Position numbers and translations under genes: made by a program. From Phyllobates terribilis (taxonomy: Eukaryota), in the NCBI RefSeq assembly GCF_046119375.1, contig NW_027362772.1, positions 281,542,001 through 281,606,000 of the forward strand: a DNA stretch of 64,000 bases, in the 5' to 3' direction. Under the pieces are notes generated by a model. That model had not been told where the DNA came from. It made no database searches and saw only the letters and a list, made by a program, of their open reading frames with translations. Shown piece after piece: positions 49,807 to 62,309 of this stretch (position 1 is its first letter; the number at the start of each line of letters is the position of its first letter).

Positions 49807-50121
49807 AAGGGCTCGCTCACACTGGCGATTCTGCATGCTGCATTCTACAATTCTATGGGTGCGAGTAAAACACCTGGCTGCACTCGGATGTCATCCGAGT
49901 GCAGTCCGATGTACGCTCACAGAGACAATGGAGAAGATGGAGAAATTAAGTTTTTCTTCTTCTCCACACCTGTGATACAATTCTCTCATTGGAGACAATC
50001 GGATCACATTCGGATGACACTCAGATCAAACTCTGACAGAGTTCGAGCTGAGTGTCATTAGCCTAATCGATCCAATACTCTCGCATGAGAGAACATACGC
50101 CAGTGTGAGTGAACCCTTATA
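49807..50121. mobile_element. MITE (TAAGGGCTCGCTCACACTGGCG...CGCCAGTGTGAGTGAACCCTTA) in an APOA4 intron
   Basis: About 22-bp TIRs at both ends. Confidence 0.7.
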
Positions 50122-50470
50122 CAGTAAAATAATATAACAATAATGCCAAAATCATATCTCCAATATGTGCTGAAAACAAAGATAACATGGACAAATCCTT
50201 TAATGCTGTCTCATAGAATCCATGTAAAATCTCAGCCACATTTCTTTCTCCATCAGAATCTTTTGTTCATGTTTTCAACTCCACCAGAATATCAGTTTTA
50301 TATCTAATATTTGTAATATATGTTCTTAGTAAATTATCTTCCAGCCATTCTTTATATCCTTTTTGCCATGCAAGTGTCATAGCGCAAGACAACTAAGTGT
50401 CCTAAGCTATCCTGTTGCTCATGCTGTGCAGTTCATAGGTGACACACACGTTAGGCAGATATCTGTAGAG

Positions 50471-50656
50471 CAGTGTTCCCCAACTCTGGTCCTCAAGAGC
50501 CACCAACAAGTCATGTTTTCAGGATTTCCTTATTATTGTACAGGCAATAATTCCATCACCTGGACAGGCGATAATTCCATCACCTGGGCAATACTAAGCA
50601 AGTCCTGAAAACATGACCTGTTGGTGGCTCTTGAGGACTAGAGTTGGGAAACACTG
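50471..50656. mobile_element. hAT-type MITE inserted in a ~70-bp tandem repeat (about 50405-50835)
   Basis: About 55-bp TIRs starting CAGTGTT(C/T)CCCAACTCT; TSD CTGTAGAG/CTGTAGAC. Confidence 0.8.
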
Positions 50657-51207
50657 CTGTAGACGGATCAAGTTGCTCATGCTGTGCAGTTTATCGGTGA
50701 CACACACTAGTCGAATATCTGAAGAGGGATCCTGTTGCTCATGCTGTGTAGTTTATGGGTTTACACACACATTCACATACAAACTAGCCAAATATCTGAA
50801 GAGGGATCATGTTGCTCATGCTGTGCAGTTTATGGAGGAGGAAGAGTGGTGGATGGAGTATGAACTGTAGAATTTTTTTGTTCTTCACTTTAAGAAAACT
50901 CATGTCTAGAGCTGAATAATCTGATAATGTACTTAATGGGTAATACCATCTTAGTAAGTTATCACCAAATTTACAGGGCATGAGATAACTTGTTGATCAC
51001 TAGAGCTCCCACCTTTGGAATCCTTCTCGATTCCAAGATTGGAGCAATATGACTAAAGTAGGAGTTGAGCATGTATGCCAGCTCTCCATTTATTGTCTTC
51101 TAGACCACCAGAGAAAGCTCAGTACTGCACTTGTCTATCTCTTGCAGTCCCATAGAGAATGAATAAAATAGTAAGTTCAGAGTCCTAATCTTGGGATCGG
51201 TAAAGGG

Positions 51208-51514
51208 TAGGGATGAGCGGACCAGTGGATGTTCAGGTTTATCGGGTTCGACCAAACTTTTGTCCAAAGTTCGGTTCAGGCACCATAACTCTACCCGAAC
51301 TTTAACCCGAACCCCATAGACGTCAATGGGGACCTGAACTTTGGTGCTATAAAAGGTCTGTAAAATGGTAAAGGCTAGGGGTCTCTCTCTCTCCCCCTCT
51401 GTTCTCCCGGAACTCCGAACACTTCCGGGAGAAGTCCGTCTTTGGAGTTCAACACTGGACACTAGGTGTCCGGTACGAACCCTAAACTTTACAGTTTCGG
51501 TTTGCTCATCTCTA
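51208..51514. mobile_element. Non-autonomous DNA element (TAGGGATGAGC...GCTCATCTCTA)
   Basis: 11-bp imperfect TIRs; flanks GTAAAGGG/GTCAAGGT resemble a decayed 8-bp TSD. Confidence 0.55.
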
Positions 51515-51688
51515 GTCAAGGTTCCAAGCAATTGACAAGTGATTGCTAATCCTTTGGTTGGTTGATAACATGCTGAGATGGGAATAAACCTATTAAGTTG
51601 TATTTGTTGTAACTGTATACACTGAAAGCCAAAATAAGGGCTCCTTTCTATCGTTAGATCTCCTCAGTTAAGTCTATTTTTTTTTCAG

Positions 51689-51815
51689 GATCCCAAGCTG
51701 ATATCAGCTCTGACCAGATAACCAATGCTTTCTGGGATTACTTTACCCAACTGACCACTGATACACAGGATAAAGTGGGGCAGATACAGCAATCGGACAT
51801 TACCAAGCAGCTGAA
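51689..51815 (+). CDS. apoa4: APOA4 middle coding exon (GSQADISSDQITNAFWDYFTQL...ITKQLN)
   Basis: Acceptor TTTTTCAG|, donor AA|GTAAGT; 127 nt; matches human EVSADQVATVMWDYFSQL...LTQQLN. Confidence 0.96.
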
Positions 51816-52616
51816 GTAAGTGAGCAGCGCCGAAGCTTGCCTAATCCCTACGAATTTAGATGACTACAGTATAAGGAACAATATTTAATGGGTTGACCAA
51901 CTAGAAGAGCAAAGATCTTCAGATGAATTTGACATCCAAATACATGCAACTTTTTCTATTAACTTTTATTATCCAAGTTCCATCATTCTCCAGCTCTTAG
52001 CAATGGTCCTGGGTCCCTGCTGCTCCATTTCTACGTTGAGTTTGAAACAGGAGAGAGTTTTCTGTGTTGGCATGTGATGTAATTGGGGTGGCTGGCTACC
52101 ATTTCAGTAGCTAATTCAACCTTCTTCTCATTCATCAGCCGTGACGGAGAAGGCGAGCGGCTGGTTTTTATATATTAGTAATGAGCAGTCAGCCATCCAG
52201 TCCCCTTCATGCACATGTGCCAACTCAGGAAGCTCTCCTCTTCTTGAACCCCATGTGGACGTAAAGTTGCTGAGACCCTTGACCGGTGTAGATAATGGGA
52301 CTTTAGAAGATATATTATTAATATGTTGCAAACATTTCAATTTTAAACACATTTAAATATCTTTTTTTTTTACTTAGACAACCCCTTTAAACGGGTTGTC
52401 TCGTGAAGACCACTTGTTTAACAATAGAAGAAGATCCATGGATCAACCATTGGTCTAGGTTCAGAAATCCCTGGCAATTGTTTATTATTACCAAGGGAAT
52501 GTGTATCTGGCCGTACATGTAGTCCCACATGTCAGCTCTCCTTATGGAAAAAAACTTGATATCACTACTAATGTTGACTGCTTTTGTAGTAACTAAGTCC
52601 TTTTCTTTCTTGCCAG

Positions 52617-53544
52617 TGTTCTGATTGAAGAAAACTTGAAAAGCGTCAATCTGTACGCTGGAGAACTTCAGCAACAGATCATACCCTTTGCAAAACAGAT
52701 ACATGAGCAACTAACTCAAGATTCGGAAAAACTGAGGGAGCAAATAAGACAGGAACTGGAAAAGCTGAAGGTCAAGTTGTCTCCTTATGCAGATGAGGTG
52801 CACAAGCAACTAAGCAGAAATGTAGAGGAGCTTCAGATAAAACTGGCACCATATGCAGAACAGCTACGGACACAGCTGGATAAAAACACACAGATCGTAA
52901 GTGAGCAGCTAAAGTCTGTAACGAAGGATCTGGAAGCCAAGATTAGAGAAAACGCTGACCGTGTTCAGGAATCACTGACCCCATATTCTCAAGAGCTCAA
53001 GGTTATGATAGATGACAATGTGGAACAGCTGAGAAAGCAACTGAAGCCCATCACTGGAAAAGTGAAAGAAAATATTGACCAACAACTTCAAGAACTATAT
53101 AAAAGCCTAACACCCTACGCCGAAGACGTGCAAGATGAGCTGCGTAAGCAGATTCAGAACATGGAGTTTCAGATGAGGAAAAATGTTGAGCAAATGGAGA
53201 CCAAAATGTTGGAGTTCACCGGGCAGCTGAGAGAGCAACTCTATCCCTACGCCAATGAGCTCAGGAGCAAACTGAATGGAGATATGGCAAACGTCAAGCA
53301 GATGTTGGAGCCGTACCTTACCGAGATGAACCAGAAGATGGACCAGAAGGTAGTAGAGTTCAAAGACACAATGACCCCTTTTGTTGATGACCTCAACAAA
53401 GCCCTTGTACAAAGAGTGGAGGACATGAAACAGAAGCTGGGAGAATACAACGTGAGTGTACAGGACCAAGTGGAGTATATGGAGAAAGATGTCCGAGACA
53501 AGATCCGAGATTTCATCAACAAAGGCGTTTCCACCGAAAATTAG
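52617..53544 (+). CDS. apoa4: APOA4 last exon, 22-mer amphipathic repeats; full protein 367 aa
   Basis: Acceptor TTCTTGCCAG|T. NLYAGELQQQIIPFAKQIHEQLTQDSEKLREQI matches human [33 protein letters not shown]. CDS 49+127+928 = 1104 nt. Confidence 0.97.
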
Positions 53545-53834
53545 ATGCCATTTCATTGACTTTATGCCAACTGAACAACATCGTACTAACCGATAGGACA
53601 TTGGCTTACAAGCTTAAAGCTATTATATTCTGCTTTTACTATCGTTGTTGAGCTAGCCTTTAATACTAAGCGTACTATATTTATAACTTACGTTGTTTCA
53701 AAGTGCATGTAAAATGTATGGATTGCCAAATATTACGACTAATACGTTTGTTGTCACCAGTGATGGTGTTGGATAAACCTATGTCTGTTTTTTCTCCTTT
53801 AATGTTTTCAGTATTTTTATTTTTACTTCGGTTA

Positions 53835-53840
53835 AATAAA
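53835..53840 (+). terminator. Polyadenylation signal of APOA4 (second AATAAA at 53884-53889)
   Basis: AATAAA about 290 nt after the stop codon. Confidence 0.65.
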
Positions 53841-55560
53841 ATGCAACAGAGCAATGCACAAAGTGTTTATGTCAATGATTCGGAATAAAAGTTCTCACCA
53901 GGGTTCAAAATTCCATTATTCTGTTCCGTATGAGTAGCAGAATAATGGAACTCATGGTAGGGACAGGAGAGGTTCATGACGGACTTTAACGATGCAAGAC
54001 GGAGGAAAGGAAGTGGTGCGGCACATCCACCAGGTAAAATAAAAAAATCTTTATTGGAACATCTTTAAAATGAAAAAAATCCATCCAAAAAACTGATGCG
54101 TTTATGGCACAACAAATGCCCCTGGTCATACTTACTATGATGTTCCAATAAAGATTTTTGGATCTTACCCAGTGGATGTGCCGCACCACTTCCTTTCCTC
54201 TACATGTTTGCTGTGCTTCACCAGTGGGATCTGGCACCCACTGGCTGTGATATTCTCAGCTTTCTATCTTCAAACAAACGTGATTCCCTCTCAATCCTTA
54301 GTTTCTAATATCACACGTCATGCAAGGTGGACTCCATCAACCTAAATGGAGTCCACCAGGTTTTTGTTAGGGTGACCATCATTTTACTTTGTTTTGCTGT
54401 TAACAGAGGCTCTAAAGCAGAAGTCAACGCAGGTCTCACAAGTCCAACATTCATGGTCCAAGTACAAACCGCGTTGTCTGGACCGGCCACAGATCTCTTG
54501 ACCCAAACTCAATAGTATCATAGACATATAAGGCAACGAGACCAAAGACCAGACCGGACATCGGAATTGTCACTCGGAAGGTGAATGTCAGTCATGCAAA
54601 ACCAGCCTTACTGTCATTAAACGTCTTAAAATATCCAGAGATGATCAACCATCGATAATTCATAATAGGATACTGCCACACATGAGTTTTGGGGTTTGTT
54701 TCTGTACTGTCCTTACCCCTTTCTGGACTATAATAGTACATAGGGGTATACGGGTCATTCAGATGTATTATTACGGCTCAGTGATGATGTGGGCACAGGA
54801 CTGTGTCCGTGCCACCAATAGTGAGCGTCAAGTGTTCTTGCATTGTAACGGCCGAACTTGGTGATAATTCTGATCCCAATTGTTTGACTGTTTAGATGCA
54901 ATGAAAAAGCCTAAGATAGAAACAAAATGAACATATCCCCTGCCGTAAGTAAATAAGTAAAAGCAATAGTGCATATAAATAACATAGGGTACTTAGTAAA
55001 CATCGTTTTTTTATCAAAAAAGCGTAAAAGCCATCTGACCAGTGACAATGTGACCCCAAATCGGGACAGTCCTAACCTCTAGCATTAAAACCTTACCATG
55101 TATCAAAATGACTTCAATTTGTATACGGGTCAAGCAGGCCCGGGTCCCGAATATGGATACCCAGCAAATGGGAAGCTATATAAACGTAATGCCCAGCTCA
55201 AAGAAAGGGAGGCCGCACCCTTACCGGCACTAAGTGCAGAAGTCTGAAAATTAACTGAACTGGAGTATAAGTTGGTATGCATGCAAAATAGGAGCATGTT
55301 CACACTGGCCATTAAACAGACAAAACCTAAGACAGAAGCAAAATTAACATATTTTGTCCTGACTATAAGGACTGTTGAAAATCCCCCCAAAATTGCAGAA
55401 TTCCAGTTTTTTTTTGTTTTCTTCCCCCGAAAAAACATTAACTGTAATAAATGATATCTACAATTGAAAATACTGCAAAATGAGTTCTGAAAAAAAATAA
55501 AAAAGCAAAGTCACGCAAGAACGGAATGTAGAACTCTGGCGTAAGAGGCGACGTACTTAA

Positions 55561-55766
55561 GGGGGTTGTCCAGGATTAGAAAAAACATGGCTGCCTTCTT
55601 CCAAAAACAGCAATATACGTAGCTACAGGTTGTGCATTGTACCTGAGATCTGCGTCATTTACTTCAATGGAGAATATCTATTATATAAGACAAACCTTAT
55701 AGACGGGGGTGGAGCTGTTTATGGGAAAAAAAAACAGTCATGTGTTTCTAATTGTGGACAACCCCT
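55561..55766. mobile_element. T2-type MITE with TTAA TSD
   Basis: TTAA|GGGGGTTGTCCA ... TGGACAACCCCT|TTAA. Confidence 0.8.
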
Positions 55767-56782
55767 TTAAGGGCTTAAAGTCAATGTCCATCTATGAAAA
55801 TGTGGCGCCCCTGAGGGTTCAGTCGCCACAGAGGTACTGCGCCTCACCCAGAGGTGTGGTGTCTCCTTTTCTCAGGTAAGGAGGGAGTGCTGCCCGGAAC
55901 CCCAACACCCGCATTCAACACTACACTACTCCAGGCCGGCAGGAAGGGCAAGATGCACTGTGTTTCCTGCTGAGCCCTGTCCCTGGCTGGAGTGGGGGGA
56001 ACCAAAGGTAGGGGGAACCAGTAGTGGGTGTGGGTGGAGGAAGTAGAGTAGGGGAGCACCATCATAGAAGGAGGTATATAAAGGGAAGCCATCTTAGGGT
56101 GGCAGATCAGTCAGAACAGTAGGAGAAGTTAGTCAGTCAGGGAGCAGAGTCTCGTTAGGAGCTCTGCTCCACAAGTGGGGCCTAGTGATAGAGGCCCAGG
56201 AGGGGAGCAGAGGAGGAAGGCTCCGTTCTATTGATGGGATCCCAGGGGGTACGGCGAGTGCAGGACTGCCCCCCTTACGCCCCGAATCTGTCCTAGTCAC
56301 CGTGAGGGTCAAGCAGGTCTGGGAACTCCAAGTGCCCAGAGGGACTTCAGAGCACCCGAGCGGGACTGTGAGTGGGGAAGCGCAGGGCAGGAGGGAGAAG
56401 ACCCAGCGTGAAGACGGTCTAGTGAGGAACATAAGAAAGCGGGGTTCCGTCAGGTGCTCCTGACCTACCTGAGGAAGAGCTGAACCCCCGATCTTGGGGA
56501 CACAGCGCGACGCGGGAGGCTGGCACCTTCGCAGTGGACCAGTGGAGCGTACATAAGAACTGTGAGTAAAGACTCGGATGACTGCACCGCACTGCCTCCG
56601 TCCATTATTTTAGCTGCGCCATCTCTCCCTCTGCACTACAAGTCCCAGCATCACCACCCACCAAACTCCACACTGCCCCGGGGGCCCGCTCCACCTGTGG
56701 CGAGCAGAAACACCTCAGCTGCCATCCCATCACCCCCCGGAGGTCTGCAGCAGCGCTGGTAAACCTTACCGGGTACCACAGG

Positions 56783-57804
56783 TATCACCCTGGCCTGGAT
56801 GCCACAAATATAATAAAGCTGTGTCTGAGAGCAAGGGGGAGGTCCTCTGGTCAAGGACCATTAGCATGCAGCACCTCCTGTCCCAGGCCAGTAGGGGGAG
56901 CAGGCTGCCCCTATAAAAGCTGGAGCTGGGGGCAGGGTTGGGGAGAACTGGACAACCTGTCTCTGGATAGAGAAGTGTCCCAGAGCAGGGACAGACAGTT
57001 GTGTTGCAGCCTAAGAGGACGTGTGGCAGTAGGAGAGCCACGAGCCAGGGACAAGAGGCGAAGTGCGCCTGTCCTGGCAGACGAAGAGACTAATTTATCA
57101 GACTTTGGTGTCTGAGGCTGTGAGGATTCCACGTCCTACAGCAGATAACCAGTCCGCAGGGGACTGTATGTTCCTTGGCCTAAGAAGCCCGGAGGCTCCG
57201 CCACAGCAGAAGGGACCAGCAAAGCCGTACCAGGCCGGGAGTAGAAAGGGACCCAAGTTGCAAGCCATACGGGCGAGAGGACACGGTGAGCTCGGGAACG
57301 TGGGCTGTTACGCTACGAGGAGGGAAGTAGCCAGAAGGAGCACAGAGAGCACGGTAGGCCTACACCCTCACCCTGACCAGGGCCAGCCTCCCACTTGCTC
57401 TCAGACATCCAGGCCCCCTCCTAGCCGGGCCAGTTTCTGGATCATATTACCTGTTCTAATAAAGACCCTGAACTGTTTAAAGGGCCTCCGTTTCCTGGCT
57501 ATCGCGGTCGGAATCATCCCCTCCATCATCCATTATATATTCTGCCCTGGGGCCATACTCCTCCCGTGGGGAGTTGAACTATTCAGTGCTGCACATTTAT
57601 ATCAGCCCCAGCGGTCTGCACTGCAGCAGTGGTTAGCCCTGACCGCAATCCACGGGTGGCGTAGTCGGACATTACCTACAGCACATAGCAGACTACCACT
57701 GGTCTGACCACCTTGAGCCACGGAACCGGGTCGCCACTACTACTCCCAGCATTGCCCTGAAGTCCGGTTCCGAGTGCCCCACGGCCCAGGGGGCGAGTCA
57801 GCTT
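56783..57804 (+). mobile_element. Foreign Gypsy LTR (family of 11466-19927) plus GCTT spacer, embedded in the 5' LTR
   Basis: Homologous to the reverse complement of 11466-12475; ends GGGGGCGAGTCA-GCTT; flanked by a 20-bp duplication (56763-56782 and 57805-57824). Confidence 0.85.
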
Positions 57805-57993
57805 ACCTTACCAGGTACCACAGGTGGCATCACGAACTATTTATTTTATTTTTCCTATCCAAGTTACAAATCCCCCTTTTTAGTTGACCGCCCTGGGCCA
57901 CGGACCAGGCAGCCACTGTGACATATCCCCCCCCACCAGCATCCATAGGCCCGGCTGTCGAATACCCCATTGCCCTGGGGGCGCGTCAACTTC

Positions 57994-58011
57994 TGGCGTC
58001 ACGAACAGGAT
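57994..58011 (+). promoter_or_regulatory. Primer-binding site, tRNA-Ser(CGA) type
   Basis: TGGCGTCACGAACAGGAT, 5 nt after the LTR, is complementary to the 3' end ATCCTGTTCGTGACG-CCA of a vertebrate tRNA-Ser(CGA) isodecoder (recalled, not searched). Confidence 0.85.
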
Positions 58012-58386
58012 TTCGTGCCCGTTGCAACTAACAGGATTCCGTGCCCGTTGCCACCGGGTACTGTGCGCCTTAAAGAACTGTGTTATGTTACTGAATGTGG
58101 CGCCCGCCCCAGAAGAACGGGCGCCATTATGTGCGTGGTCAAAGACAACAATATGGAGCCTCCCATCATGGGCCGGGTCCCAGAATGGCGCCAAAAGCAC
58201 ACCCTGCCGATTGCAACAGTGACTGTCCGCATAGATGTGTCCATCAAGGCAGAGAGGACGTCACAGGGAGTGACCGACAGCAGGCTGCCATGGGACCGCC
58301 CGCGAAAGGGGAGGGGAGGAAGAGAGAAGGAATGGAGACAGGGTGTGGTCTTAACAAGTCTACACAGACCGCACCCGGCAGCCAGC

Positions 58387-59499
58387 ATGGACGGAAGCAA
58401 GGATCCAGCCTCCGCCTCTGGCCTGCAGGAACAAGCGACCCCCCTCACCCTGGAGGGGGAATCAAGTAAACTGTCCCCGGAGGATACGGAATTCCTCCAA
58501 ATAGAGATCCTGGAGCTGAGCCAGCAGGTGGAACGGGCCCAGCCAGCAGCGGTCACCAGGTGGAAGAGCGAGCTGCTGGAGAAGTTAGCAGCTCGGCGGC
58601 GGCCAGCACCGGATATTATCAGCGGCACCCCAGCCCCGGCGGAGCCTGATGAACACCAGGAGGCCGTGTGCAGCACAGGAGCAGGTAGGAAGAGTTCCCC
58701 CATCCAGGGCGCTGCAAGCACCGACCTGCTCCGGGGCCTCCTGCAGCAGCAGCCCCTGTACCCGGGCGCGTGCACCCTAGACCAGCTGCTAAGCCCGGAA
58801 CCTCCACCCCCGGGCGCTGAATCCGAAAACCTCCTGCTCGGCTCCCTCCCGGAACCGCCACCTCCGGCACCCGGGTGGGTGTACGGCGCCTTCCTTTGAT
58901 TGGTCCGCCAGATTTGGGGACCAGCAGCCGTACCCGCTACTCCCGACACCAGCGCCCCCGGTTGCCTGACCCAGCGGAGAAGAATTTAGTTGGGACAACC
59001 GGGGGGGGGACCTGATGGGGTTCCCGCAGGAGACCCAAGCCGAGGCCCTGCAGAGAAAGGAGTTCTGCAGGCGGGAGCTCCAAAAGCTGGAGAAGGAGCG
59101 GCACACTCGGTGGGCGCGTTGTGAGCAGTTAAAGGCCCGGAACAAGGCCGCAAAAGCTCAAGCCCGGCAGGTGGAATCTGCCCACCCCAGCCCCGTGAAG
59201 AAGGACTAGTAGTAAAGTTCGACTTGAAGGCTGGGTGGTGCTTTATCCGAAATCCCAATTTCTGCAGGGATATTTTCGTGAACCGGCGGGATGTTGAGCC
59301 CGAGCTGGAACAGGGCCATCCCAACCGGAACCTGTACCCCGGCAACCGTGTCACCTACACTCGACACCACGGGGAACGCGGGTGGTATGCCCTCCAACTG
59401 TGCCGCGTGATTGAGGACACGCCCCCGCAGAACATGGCTGATGACCCGGCTGGGTCCAGCAAAAATCAAAAGTACCCCAGGCGGGAACCCCACTACTAG
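58387..59499 (+). pseudogene. Disrupted internal ORF: helical/Pro-rich N-terminus, coiled-coil segment and C-terminal cold-shock domain (about 59197-59400)
   Basis: Frame open from 59125 gives EEGLVVKFDLKAGWCFIRNPNFCRDIFVNRRDVE...RNLYPGNRVTYTRHHGERGWYALQL, matching the CSD RNP-1, RNP-2 and C-terminal strands. Pieces lie in different frames (58387-58899, 59015-59209, 59125-59499). Confidence 0.7.
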
Positions 59500-62309
59500 T
59501 ACAGTAGGTGGGACTAAACTGTATATAGTCACCCGTAAGGGTACAGAAAATTGAAGTTGTTTTAAGTGTGTTTTAATAATTACCCGTCAGGGTATACAGA
59601 CTTCAGGCTGAGGACTGTAAGCAGCCAAAGACTGACTTTGTATATAGTTTTGCACTTCTTAAAGTGCTCTCTATTGGTTTTATAAGTGCAACCAAGTGAC
59701 CTCAGAAAAAAAACCCGTTTGGCGTGGCGGAAGACGTGGTCCAGCACCAGGATCACCTATGCCCTGCAGCCACGCCCAGGGCCTACGTTGAGGGTTTGCG
59801 GATGGGTCCCTCATGCTGCTACTTTTGCACCTGTTTGAAAAAGAAAATGGACACCCGGTTATAGAATGTGCTGTAACCTGTTGCAGAATGTTATTAAAAG
59901 TGTTTGTGATGTTATGATAACCTGTAACTTTAAAGAGAAGTGCCTCCCTTAAAGGGAAGAAATGTTTTGTTACAATCTTATATGCGAATGCATTCTAAAA
60001 ACTGCATGTCTAATTTACCGTGTTTTGCTCAGTTCCAGCCCGCGGACGTGCTGTGTTTTGCAAGTGTGGAGTGTGGCGCCCCTGAGGGTTCAGTCGCCAC
60101 AGAGGTACTGCACCTCACCCAGAGGTGTGGTATCTCCTTCTCTCAGGTAAGGAGGGAGTACTGCCTGGGACCCCAACACCCGCATTCAACACTACACTGC
60201 TCCAGGCCGGCAGGAAGGGCAAGATGCAATGTGTTTCCTGCTGAGCCCTGTCCCTGGCTGGAGTGGGGGGAACCAAAGGTAGGGGGAACCAGTAGTGGGT
60301 GTGGGTGGAGGATGTAGAGTAGGGGAGCACCATTGTAGGAGGTATATAAAGGGAAGCCATCTTAGGGTGGCAGATCAGTCAGAACAGTAGGAGAAGTTAG
60401 TCAGTCAGGGAGCAGAGTCTCGTTAGGAGCTCTGCTCCACAAGTGGGGCCTAGTGATAGAGGCCCAGGAGGGGCGCAGAGGAGGAAGGCTCCGTTTTATT
60501 GAAGGGATCCCAGGGGGTACGGCGAGTGCAGGACGGCACCCGTATGCCCCGAATCTGTCAGAAGACAGAGGGATCAGGCTGCAAGAAGGGGACTGGCCCC
60601 TGGACCAGCCGTGTTACTCCAGGTCTCGGCTGGAAAAACCGGAGGCTTCTGGCTTTCATAGTGCAGTTGCCAAAGCCTCATCCTAGTCACCGTGAGGGTC
60701 AAGCAGGTCCGGGAACTCCAAGTGCCCAGAGGGACTTCAGAGCACCTGAGCGGGACTGTGAGTGGGGAAGAGCAGGGCAGGAGGGAAAAGACCCAGCGTG
60801 AAGACGGTCTAGTGAGGAACATAAGAAAGCGGGGTTCTGTCAGGTGCTCCTGACCTACCTGAGGAAGAGCTGAACCCCCGATCTGGTGGACGCAGCGCGA
60901 CACGGGAGGCTGGCTTCCGTGCAGTGTACCAGTGGAGCGTACATGAGAACTGTGAGTAAAGACTAGGATGACTGCACCGCACTGCCTCCGTCCATTATTT
61001 CAGCTGCGCCATCTCTCCCTCTGCACTACAAGTCCCAGCATCACCACCCACCAAACTCCACACTGCCCCGGGGGCCCACTCTATCTGTGGGGAGCAGAAA
61101 CACCTCAGCTGCCATCCCATCACCCCCCGGAGTTGTGCAGCAGCGCTGGTAAACCTTACCAGGTACCACAGGTGGCGTCACAAACTATTTATTTTATTTT
61201 TCCTATCCAAGTTACAAATCCCCATTTTTAGTTGACCGCCCTGGGCCACGGACCGGGCCAGCCACTGTGACATATCCCCCCCCCACCAGCATCCATAGGC
61301 CCTGCTGCCGAGTACCCCATTGCCCTGGGGGCGCGTCAAAAACAGTCATACTGTTTATGTTTAGAATTATTCTACATGGAAAAAGTTATCTTGTAAGTAT
61401 ATTGCTTTCATGGAGTTTGCATTTCTGGCACAGGGACTGGAAGTCAGTGAATGGGGGTCAGAGGACCTTCATTCTCTCGATTGATGATGGTCTTGGAGGG
61501 GGTTTATTCTTAGATTGACCTACCCCATTAAAGAGCATCTGTCACCATCATTATCTATAATAAAAACATATAATACATATATTTTTCTCAATACGTCTGT
61601 GATTTTCTTCTAGGAGCGCAACTTTTAATAATTTTATATACATAGTTTAACACAATGGACGCTCATTCATTACGGGTCTGGATCTCTTTAAATACAGGAT
61701 CAAGCAACTGATTAGTCGATTGTGTCACCTGATATACTCTGCTGAATCTGATTGGTCAGTGCCCTGACTTTAGAGACTCCTTCCACACAAGCCAAGATTT
61801 CAAAGTGAAAAATGTCACAAAATACAAATACCCCCCCAAACTCAGTGTACAGACCCCCAGAAAGCAGCGAGTTATCCCCTCCTCCCTATCCTATCAATAG
61901 GGGATAATTTCACATTGGTACCTATGAGGAAGAGAAATTTAATCTCAAAGTTCAACAGCTCCACTTTCTTATCAAAACTGTAAAGCAATGAAATAGGTTC
62001 CCACTGGTGTGGAGAGACTAATGGACCAGGCAATGCTCCCTGGGAAAAAAAATATGCAAATTAACCCACATCCACATTTAATTTATTTTACAATTCCCTA
62101 CTATTCTTCCTATACAGCTAATCCCTATCTGTTATTTTTTACTCCCTGTTCCAGTGATGTTTCAATGGAGGGGAGTCACAAATGAGGCATCACAGGAGGA
62201 TGACCCTGTATTCACTTCTCTGCAGCATCTATCACCCCTCCTGAAACAGGACGTCATCAGGACCACCTGTTTCAGTAGCAATGATGGAAATGTGATAGCA
62301 ATTTTTGTT

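Larger units (their letters stand above)
55801..61338 (+). mobile_element. Non-autonomous LTR retroelement with a ~2.1-kb internal region lacking gag/pol
   Basis: 5' LTR 55801-57988 (with a nested LTR and a ~120-bp deletion) and 3' LTR 60072-61338, both TGTGGCGCCCC...GGGGCGCGTCA; TSD AAAA (55797-55800 and 61339-61342); PBS 57994-58011. Confidence 0.92.

Noticed and set aside
53107-53601. 164-aa antisense ORF over APOA4 (also 10555-10843 over the APOA1-like exon)
   Set aside because: Shadow ORFs caused by codon bias of the sense-strand helical repeats.
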